Assembly (NCBI GenBank): GCA_000320545.1 | Contig: ADNK01001893.1 | Coordinates: forward strand, 1 to 44,527 | Reading direction: 5' to 3' | Source: Bigelowiella natans CCMP2755 | Taxonomy: Eukaryota; Protista; Cercozoa | Length of the DNA stretch: 44,527 bases | In this document: in pieces, positions 27,801 through 37,841 of the stretch | Layout of the letters: the number at the start of each line of letters is the position of its first letter | Numbering within the stretch: position 1 is the first letter of the stretch | Notes under the pieces: generated by a model | Database searches by the model: none | Told to the model about the DNA's origin: nothing | Seen by the model: the letters and a program-made list of their open reading frames with translations, nothing else | Translations under genes and position numbers: made by a program

Positions 27801-28523
27801 GTGCGTAGAAGACTTGCAATGCCTCCAGCTTCTCCTCACCATATTCACGGTGACGTCTATTACTACTACTATCCACGCCGTTGATGCTGTTGGCATGATG
27901 GTCATCATCGCCTAAATCGATGATCTTTGGAACAACAGTAGAGAGCACCGCCAAACAAATCAATCACCACCATCGTAATCATCATCATCATCATCATCAT
28001 TATCGCCACCAGAGGGGGCGAGGAGATGACTTTGGTCTTGCGACACTGTTATCTTCGTGTCATCGTTTATCGAAACCCCTTTTGTTTTCAACAAACGCCC
28101 TCTTCCTACCCCCCCATCAACTACTAAGCGACATCGTCATGGCCGTTCATCCCCCCCCCCTTTCTCATGAATTGGTGAAATCGTCGATATTTAAAAAAAA
28201 CATCTGAAAGTTGGTGTTGTGCAGCTACTAACCCCCTCCTTCATGAGGGCGATCCACCGTTTTGCACACTCTCCCTCTGGCTTGCGGATGTCAAGCAACA
28301 GCCTTCGCACGTATCTATCAAGCAATGAGGGGTTATTAAGAAGGGAAGCGTGGTCATCCGAAATATGTTTTTGCCAAAAATAGTACAATATATTCTGCTT
28401 CTTTACTTTATCGTGAAGGTATGAATGTCGTGTGATTTGAGCATCGATGATGACTTTTCAGGATATACTTCGCTCATTCTTAATGTCACCAATATCATCA
28501 TGATCATTATCAATCCCCCCCCC

Positions 28524-28556
<33 letters not shown>

Positions 28557-29508
28557 TTCATGCCGCACAAACCGACCTTGAGAGCCTTGTGGAGGGGCGA
28601 AACCAGAAATAACCCGTGTTCTCATGCATCGTCTTTGCGGCTGATGCAGCAGTTATAAAGATAGGACAGCGATGATGATGGTGATGATGATGATGGTGGT
28701 GGTGATGATGATGATGATGATGATGAGGGTGATGGTTATGACTAATAATCGGTGATTGGTGGTATTAACGAACGGCAATAAAAGCATAGGTGTTCTCCTC
28801 ATTGAGAAGGAAAAACGATATGTCTTTGGTCACTACTACCCTCTTTGCTATCGCTGATTGCTGCTGCTGCTTTGTCTTCGGGAGTGTTGTTAGCGGGTGC
28901 TCTCTTTTCGGACTCCCCCTCCTCCTCCTCCTTTCCCTCTGCTATGATCTCAGATATCATCGCTTCTAGTCGCTTGCGGCTATGTTTAAAATCACACAAG
29001 ATTGCGTGATGTTGTTGTTGTTGTTGTTGTTGTTTTTGTTGTTGTTATTGCTCCTGCTGATACAGGTAATGATGCGGTGATAAGGGAGAAAATTGTCCCA
29101 AGACACCATTATTATCGTTATCATCGTCATCATTATCGCCGCCATGCAACTGCTACTACTATTGCTCACGGCAATACCGAATACTTATCGGCTCGATTGG
29201 AAGCAGCTTCTTCTGCATTTCGCCATATCTTTTGGTCATCGCCTCTAAGTCCTTGCCCATCCCCCGAATGTGGTCCATACGCCTTGGCAACAATGACGCG
29301 CAGGGAGGGGGGGGATAGGAAGAACGGTGATGGATGGTGGTGATGTAAGAGGACGGCGGAGTTTTGACTTACGATAACATGCATGAAGGACCGTGCTGAG
29401 ATGAGGCCGATGCTAATTACCGAAGCTCTAATATGCTCGCCCACGCGCGCGCGCGCGCGCTCATGTGTGTGTGTGTGTATTATCTGCACACACACACACA
29501 CACACAAA

Positions 29509-29545
<37 letters not shown>

Positions 29546-30235
29546 CACACACATATTTATACACATATTCATTGATTCGTCGGTACTACCTCCTTAGACC
29601 TCGCAGCGTCTCTTTGGAGAAGTACACCTGATATAAATTATACACAGAAACATATGATATCACAGCGCAGCAGGATGGCTCAACTAGCTTCATTCTCTGT
29701 ATCATCTCTGCTCTGCTCGCCCCCCCCCCCCCCCTCGCACTTCAAACCTTGATCAGAGTGCCAACCACCGCAATCCGTACCCCGTTTTTCTTGGAAGAGG
29801 TTGCGCTCCCCGCCCTGGTTCGGTCTTTTGCGTAAAAACGCGGCAGCAGTTGGATTAAGATGATCAGCGCACAAGGACTATAGATTGTGCTACGGTGGTG
29901 GAGTGTGGAGCAATGATAACGATGATAATGACGATAATGATAAAATGTTGTTGATGATGATTTTCCCCATATCTTAGTATCTGACCCAACGCATAGTGCA
30001 GCCTATACTTCCTGCACGCTCACACACCTAAATGCGCCAAAGAGGTTGGCGTCTCTTTAACATCACCATCCGTCTTAGCCGTAGTGGAAGTAATAGGCAT
30101 GTTGCTTGACCCCGCTTGATCAGGGTGAGGTGATGATGAAGATGCTATGGACCTAATTTCGGTTGTTACGCTGCCTCCTGCACTAGTTGGATCTTCGGTA
30201 CTCTACCATTACATAAGGTTATTGTTATCATCACT

Positions 30236-30269
<34 letters not shown>

Positions 30270-30644
30270 CTACCACCATCATCGATGCAATCGCTTCGTC
30301 ATTATCATCATCAACATCATCGTCGCTATCTCTCCAACGTGGCCATAATCCAGAGCTACCGTTGTGTTCAGGTCGGTGTCCCTCCTCTTCTTCGTCGCAA
30401 TTGCTGCTGCTGCTGCTGCATCATCGTCTCCATCATTGTTATCGCCATTCGCTCCGCCACCTTCACCATCAATATCATCTTCCTCCCCCCCCTCGAGCAA
30501 GCCGTCCTCATCTTCGCTGTCGCTCCCCACTGACGTATTACAATGTGGCACAGATAAACGATGTTATTGTTGTTATTATTATTGTTGTTGTTGTTGTTGG
30601 AGATAAGGCTTGACCAGCGTCCTTATTTCTCAGTCATGCATGAT

Positions 30645-30725
<81 letters not shown>

Positions 30726-31103
30726 ACATATTGTGAGGGCAAACCATACTCGCTATGACACACACACACACACACCAGCCATTACCTCTAAATGCCTGAG
30801 CAGTAGAAACACGCGCATTTCGCTCGAGAGACTCTTCCTTATTCCTACCCGTTGGAATACTAGCTTCGTCGCAACTCGTATCTGCATTTATCTGCGGAGG
30901 TTTTATGAGAAAAAGAGAGGGTGTCAAAACGGGAAGCCTAGACGGCAAAATGGATGCGGAAAGGAGAGAGGACATTATCCAGCGCCATCGCGTACAGCCT
31001 GCACTGATCCCTTTCGATCTCCATCTTAGATATAGAGTGGGGGGGGGGAGAACACACGCCAAGTATCATTACTACCGTGCATGGCCGGAGATGGAACATA
31101 ATT

Positions 31104-31143
<40 letters not shown>

Positions 31144-31766
31144 ACATCTGACGAGCAGTTCTACTCCGTACATCTCCCTCGCCAACGTTAAACACACATC
31201 GAAAGGCGGCTTTGATCATACACACGTGCCGCGCACAAACATATTCCGACGATGTCCTATATTATTTGACTTGGCTCTTTCGTAGTATGCCATTGTCATA
31301 TCATAACAACATAAAGAGGGGGGGGAGGGGGGGGGAACAACAGCAGCAACAACAGACGAACGAATGCATACCCGTTTATATAATCGTCCACTGTGCAAAG
31401 TCAGAATCTGGCTAGCAAGAGCTGCTAAAGCTTGGAGCCCATAACTCACCCTATAGTAAGTAAGTAGTAGTAGTAAGTAGTAGTGGTAGTCGTAGTAGTG
31501 GTGAAGCAGTTGCAGTTGGTGGAGAGGGGGGAGAGGGAAGGACCAGACGGAATAGGTTACATAAGATCTACTGATAAGCCAGGAGGAGGTGGTGGTGGAG
31601 GAGGAGGAGGGAGGAATAGCATAATGACATCATGCATGGAAGTATTATCCACATCAGAGGAATCTTGAATACAACGCTATTATCGATCCTCTCCTCTCAC
31701 CATCGCTCCCTCTCTTTAAGCAATGCTGTTTCCTGCGCGTTGCCTTGCCTCTATGTAGTCCCAAAG

Positions 31767-31810
<44 letters not shown>

Positions 31811-32354
31811 TTTCACGATTAGTGTTAGCGTTGGCGATGACAATGATGATGATGATGATGATGATGATGATAAGTAGATGATCGTTTACGTGCGTAGAGG
31901 TCGTGATGTAGCAAGTATGTAACCTGCAAAGTCGCTAGATTGTCACGATGGATAATCATCTTTCTCTCCAGGGTTGCAGCCAACTGAAACGATTAAAGAA
32001 GAAGAAAGTGGTGAAATTGTGGATGTATTTAGCGAAATCAGATTCAGAATGGTCGAGTATCCATCTCAAGGTATTGCACAACAAAATTCTCTTCTTAATT
32101 TCTGGTACAACCACTGCTATCGATCACCTTTCTCTTTGTAGCTGGATCCAGCTCGTCAAGCTCTTTCTGCACAGTTTCTTCCTTTTTGCTCTCTCGACGG
32201 ATAAGACCGCTCGAGAAACCGCTGTGATGGAGAAAAATCAGTCCCCTGGTTATGATGTGAATGGCCGGCTCGAAGTAGATGGCGATTTTGATGATCATGA
32301 TGATGCGGATGGCTACCTGAGCCGCTCCCCGAGATTACTGAAGAGGCTTTTCAT
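21438..32354 (-). CDS. Very large multi-exon alpha-helical/low-complexity protein of unknown function (possibly two genes)
   Basis: 5' exons splice in phase as MKSLFSNLGERL|SGFSSGLIRRESKKEETVQKELDELDPATKRK|LAATLERKMIIHRDNLATLQ|RQGNAQETALLKERERW|VSYGLQALAALASQILTLHSGRLYKR. Internal coding-like exons lie within ORFs 28191-28388, 26592-27164 and 23309-24064. The 3' exons 22810-22715, 22477-22397 and a final exon ending at 21438 are in phase. The middle is not fully joined. Confidence 0.6.
23158..23195 (+). repeat. (GGGGA)n purine tract with G-quadruplex potential, probably intronic
   Basis: Tandem GGGGA units are visible directly. Confidence 0.7.
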
Positions 32355-32685
32355 TAGGCTGTCTTGCGCCTTCGTGCTCTTGGCCAGCGGTAAAAGTCGA
32401 GAAAGGGGGAAATTTTACAGAGAGTGTGTCAAGGACAACTCTCCAGGGCAAACTTCGAGCGGGGTCTTTATAAAGAGCCCCCCCCACCGCTACTCGCCCT
32501 GGTGATGTGAGGAGGGGGCAAACTAAGTACTCGCAGCTGCTTCCCAAAAGGATTAACAACAAAAATGCGTTTTTTTTCATATTTTATTAATTATTCTTTG
32601 TCGCTGAGGATGAATACCATCAATTCCTTGGAAATCGCCGGTGTTTTTCACGAGAATCTTCTGAGATTTGGAAGGCTCTCCTGGA
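32355..32685. promoter_or_regulatory. Compact putative bidirectional promoter region
   Basis: About 330 bp, free of microsatellites, between the divergent ATGs at 32354(-) and 32686(+). Inferred from gene geometry only. Confidence 0.45.
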
Positions 32686-33749
32686 ATGGGGCTGATGGCG
32701 ATGATGGCCGGCTGGCCAAAGCTCCTCCTCGCCCTCATTGTGCTTCTCTCCACGCAGCGTGCGTATTCTTTCTGCAATATCCCACGGATTGATGGAAGCT
32801 CTCTCACATATCACGAATGGCAGACGACGCAATCCAAGGAACCTGTGGTGAGACACTGTAGCAAGGCTGTGATACATGCACGTTCTTGGTCGTAGTTGAA
32901 TTAATGTAAAACCTTCGCAAAACCTTCAGATCCTCACAAATCTGACGCAAGGATGGGCCGCGTTGTCTATCTGGAGTAAAAAGAACTTCAGCGAAAAATA
33001 TGGCTCGCTTCTGCTGCCAAGAAGCTCATCAACCGGGGTGCATTTCACCCTTGATGTGAAGGTGAGATGTGCTGCATGCACTTCCTTTCTCATGTGAGAC
33101 ACGTAGATGCTCAAGGAAACGGAATAAACCAATTTGAAAATCAATCTTGTGTGTGTGTGTGTGTGTGTGCGCGCGCGCGCGCGCGCGCACACCTTTGTGC
33201 TTTGCGCTTTTGTGCACAGCACGATGAGATTTCACTCAAGACATACCTGGAGCATTCTCACAACCAGCATTTCATCATCTACGACCACGCAGAGGTTCAA
33301 ATCACGAATACAGCACTTGGCGAAATTTGCCTATCCGACATTGGTATAGAGCACCACGCACGCACTAATGTTTTTCCAATTTTATGTATGTGATTTGTGT
33401 GTTCCCGGATACTACGAAGACAACCCACATCATGAACGCTATTCGCGAGGACTACCAGCTTCCATCTATCTTGCAGGTACCAAGCAGCAGCGGCGGTTTC
33501 CTCTTCGCTTACGTCTGCGCGCACGAATATTTAAAAAAATGAACATGTTGTGGAGAAAGACGAGGAAAAGGAGGAGGGGGAGGAGGAGGAGGAGAAGAGT
33601 CTAATCGTTACAACATGTTATCGCTATCGTATGTTGTTTGAACCTCAGACAGCCAGCTTAGAGACAATCTTGAGCTTCGGGGGTGCACCTCAGGGAGCGA
33701 ATTTTCAGCGACATCAGGTTGTCGTTGTTCTTCATCGCTGGCTGCTGCT

Positions 33750-33789
<40 letters not shown>

Positions 33790-34301
33790 CCTTCCTCTCT
33801 TTCTATCTATCTCTACAATCTCTCTTTTGATATATTTCGTTTCTTTGCTCGCCTTACTTCTCCTCCCTCTTTTCTTCTTCTTCTTCTTCCTCTTCCTCCT
33901 CTTCCTCTTCCTCTTGCAGGTCGCATGGCTTGCAACGGTGTATGGCTCGAAACACTGGTAGTAGTAGTAGTTGTAGTTGTAGTAGTAGTAGTAGTAATAG
34001 TAGTAGTGGTGGTGGTGGAATACTGCATTTGATGTGCGTCGCGCTGTGTTCTTCGTTCACGGCGTGCTGTTATATTGGCGTCATTTGCTAGGTACATGGC
34101 TGCTCCAACGACCAAAAAGCCTCCTGAGCCCCAGTGCTTCTCGCACCGTGGTGACGGCAGCGGACGCGGTGAGGAGGGGTGGAAAGAGGTTGGAGTGCGG
34201 TATTGTGAAGTCTTTCCTGGAGAGATCTTGTGGGTTCCCCCCCAGGTGGCGCGCATTCTGACAGTCTACTACGCCAAGCACTCCTCACTCCTCTCCCTAG
34301 C

Positions 34302-34340
<39 letters not shown>

Positions 34341-34673
34341 GTGTGTGTGTGTGTGTGTGTGTGTAAGTGTGCGTCATCGCTTTGCATTTCCCCTATTCAC
34401 AATTTACACTGGCGAAGCAGTTTACGACGGCACACGTGTGCCGTGTTTCTTTTGCTGATCGATGCATGCCAACCCCCCTCCTACTAGTGGTGGCACGCGA
34501 CGTGTAACGGGGACCCGTACACCGTAGCGCTTGGAGGCCAGCAGTACATCCCGTATAGAGACAGGTGAGGGAGAGGGGGTCGGTATGCTTCTCACAACAT
34601 CTTGTTTCAGTCAAATTTCAATGATGTCGAGGGATCTCATCCTAATGGTGTGAAAAGGATGGTGATTATGATG

Positions 34674-34706
<33 letters not shown>

Positions 34707-36234
34707 ATAATGAAGGCTCGTGCAAAGCGACGGGACGCTGCCTCTACTACACCTTGCGGCGCTCCGGGGGAACATTTCATCGGTTAGACGCCTACTGGAG
34801 TCGGAGGATGCGCCACCCTTATGTCCACGGGGAAGCAAACGCAGTGGCAGCGCAGGAGGGGGGCAGGCACCGAGCGCTCCTATACGATTGGAAGCTCCGC
34901 ATCCTATTCACCTAGCCGTCAAGAACGATCATATAGACGTAATTCGTTGGCTGCTAAAGAAGGCTGAAAAGGAAGGAAAGGAGCTGGTGGGGGATAGGGA
35001 GGAGGAGGAGGAGGAGGAGGTGGAGGAGGACAACGACGACGACGAAGGAAGCTCCTCCCTCTCCAACATATCATTGATGAATTGCTTGATAAGAGCTCGA
35101 GAGCCTTCCGGGAAATCTCTGGCTGAATGGGCGGCGGAGTACGGACACGTAGACCTCCTAGACCTCTTCGTCAAGGTAGCAGCCATTGGAGAGGATGATG
35201 ATGATGATCATGATCATGATGATGATGATCATGATGATGATAATGATGGAGAAGCAAGTAAAGCAACAAATATCTGCAAGATAGAGACTGAAGTATTTGA
35301 GCATTAACTTCGGGCATCGGCGAGAAAAGGGTTGTGTTTTCCTCCTCCTCCTCCTCCTCTTCCATCCCAGCTGCTCTTGTTTTCAAAGATTCATCGCCCT
35401 CCACCCCCCGTCCTCAGGAGCTTGGTATTGGCCATGGAAATGGACTTCAGCTGGCAACGATGAAGGGCCATCTGAACGCCGTGAAGTGGCTTGTGGAAAA
35501 CGGAGCAAAGGGGGGGGCAAGAGCATATGCCATGGCGACAGAATACGGTCGGTCCTATGTGTATGTTGCTCGGTGCAATCTCTGACTAACCTGGCAATCG
35601 CTACATGCACGCATTGCGCTGTTGTTTTCCTCATTTTCCCCGCCGGGCGTTGTTCCCAATCTATCTTAGGCCGAATGGCCATTGCAAAATATCTGAAAAC
35701 GCACCGTGCGGAAGAGATTGGTGCTCTTGAAAATAGAAGACGGCAGCAGCAGCAGCAGCAGCAGGGGGGGGGGGGGGGGGGGGAGGGTCGCACGAGGACA
35801 TCTCTATGCTCAAATCCCACCCGCTGTTTCACAAGTTGGAGGAAGCTTTTCATGAATTCGATGCTAATTCTGATGGGAGGATATCGATGCTGGTAGGGGG
35901 CTCTTAGGAAGAAAAGAGAAAGAGGGATAGGGGGAAAGAGGGTGGGAAAGGGGGGGTGGGGGAGAAAGAGACTTCGCAACTTGTCTTCTTAATGCTGTTT
36001 AATAATTGGAATTGTTCTCTCGGCTTACAGGAGTGGGGTGGCATAGAGGCAGACATCCCGATCGATATGAGAACCATATTGGAAAAGCTGATACAGAAAC
36101 GCGGGGAATTATCCTTTGGGGTTGTTGCGAGGACGCTTCTAACGAAGAGAAGGGCGACAGCAATGGAGAGGAAGAAAGAACAGGGGAGCAAACAGCAGCG
36201 AATTAGCAAAGCCAAAGTAAAAGAGGATCTGTAA
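32686..36234 (+). CDS. Signal peptide + JMJD8-like JmjC domain + ankyrin repeats + EF-hand + C-terminal KEDL (needs a 1-nt correction in the G run at 35764-35783)
   Basis: Exons start at 32686, 32930, 33220, ~33420, 33649, 33920, 34092, 34488, 34716, 35418, 35670 and 36031. They give leader KLLLALIVLLSTQRAYS, then CNIPRIDG..KEPV|ILTNL..W..WSKKNFSEKYG, EDYQLP, SFGGAPQGANFQRHQ|VAWLATVYGSKHW|YMAAP and CEVFPGEILWVPPQ|WWHATCN. Ankyrin-like units: LLHLAALRGNISSVRRLL, PIHLAVKNDHIDVIRWLL, LAEWAAEYGHVDLLDLFV, LQLATMKGHLNAVKWLVENGA. EF loop DANSDGRISML|E. Ends KVKEDL*. Confidence 0.85.
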
Positions 36235-36639
36235 TGAGATCTGTGAACAAGGCTAGAAGGGTGCGTGCTAGAGTGGAAGCTATGCTCACAAGCTTAAGCC
36301 CGCACGCCGATCGATGGCATCTCTAGATCTACAGCTGTTGGCACAACAGACAACTTGTAGCTTCAACCTGATGTCTAGATGCATGCCGATGCCTGAACGC
36401 GCCAGTGTGTTGCTTACTGCTTGCTGCTTGCCGAGCACGCATCATGCATATGCATGCTAGCATGCTCTAGCATCTAGAGCATGTCACAACGTACGCACTC
36501 AGCTAGTCAGGCTTCATACATGCTAGCATGCACAGTCGTCGCACTGCATCCGCACATTCAATCATCCTCGTGTATTACTCATTCAGTCTAGCTACTGTAG
36601 CTAGAGCTAGCTACATATAGTCACACATGTAGCTAGATA

Positions 36640-36659
36640 GCATCGCAATAAAGCGATGC
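36640..36659 (+). terminator. Candidate poly(A) signal AATAAA in the loop of a 7-bp hairpin
   Basis: GCATCGC-AATAAA-GCGATGC, about 400 nt downstream of the JmjC gene stop codon. Confidence 0.35.
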
Positions 36660-36793
36660 ATGTTGACATGCTAGCATGTCCACATGCATACGTGTACATA
36701 ATTAATGCATAACAGCTTTAACCACCCAAGTTTTTATTTTTTTCAATTACGCGGATGTCGACGTGACTACATAGCAGACACAGCATTTCTTGG

Positions 36794-36846
<53 letters not shown>

Positions 36847-37841
36847 AGACATCTCCTGGATCTCCATGCATGCAGGTCATGTGCAAGCCTAATAAACTCG
36901 TTTAGCGAGACTTAGCGCAGTGTAATTGCTAATATAAAGCGGATGCAATGCAGCTGCGCAGCGTTATTCTCACGCAATCCGATGAACGACACAAGCATCT
37001 ACCATAAAACTGTTTCCCTGTGCTTACTTTGTTGAGGATCTACTAAGTATACAATTGACTTCCCATGTACTAGCATGGCAACAACAACAATGAGTCGATG
37101 CACTGTGCGGCCGGACGCCACAAAAAAAGGCCTCCTCATCGCCGCACACGTAACATTTCTCGTTAGGTCATTGACGACTCGGGATCGGCGTCGGAGGGGG
37201 CCTGCAGGGTGCGGCAATAATTTGTGTGTGTGCTGGCATGGAAGTCCGGTAGTGCACACCAAGCACAACAACCGTGGACATGCTTACTCTATATGTTTTA
37301 TAGCTCGAATTATTCATTTAAAAAAGCCCTCTCAGAGGATCTGATCATATGATCCCTCGGGGGGTGCCATTGTTCGGTGGATTGAAGGCCTCCTGGCTCG
37401 GTATTACTTGTTTTTGTTCATCGCGTAATGAGGACGGATTTTGAATACTAGAAGGATTTATCATCTTCCTCTCGGAATAATGCAGACAAGAGACGATTCT
37501 CGGCGCGCTGCGTTCCCACTCCTAATACTGTGGCCATACACTGTAGGGGTTGTTGTTGTTGTTGTAATGATCAGGTCAACTACCGTTCAGTACAGCGCTT
37601 CACGTTCGAGGAGCTTCTTCTTTTCTCATCTCATCACACTGACGATGAGTGCTGCTATTATGCTGCTATTGTGCTGCTATTGCTATTATTTTTAATATTA
37701 ATATTACTGAAATACATTGGCCTCTTCGTTTCCTCAGTAAATTGCCCAGAAGCTAACCGTTTTGTTAAAATAAAATATGGCTTCACCGCCCCCCCCTCCC
37801 CCCCCCCTAGACCCCCATGGTCTGAATTCCCTCTTGCAGGC

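Noticed and set aside
21438-32354. Assignment of the large protein to NBAS/Sec39 or TPR families
   Set aside because: Only a general helical character is visible, with no diagnostic motif.
31948-32505. 185-aa plus-strand ORF
   Set aside because: It is antisense to the first exons of the large minus-strand gene and has no recognisable motif.
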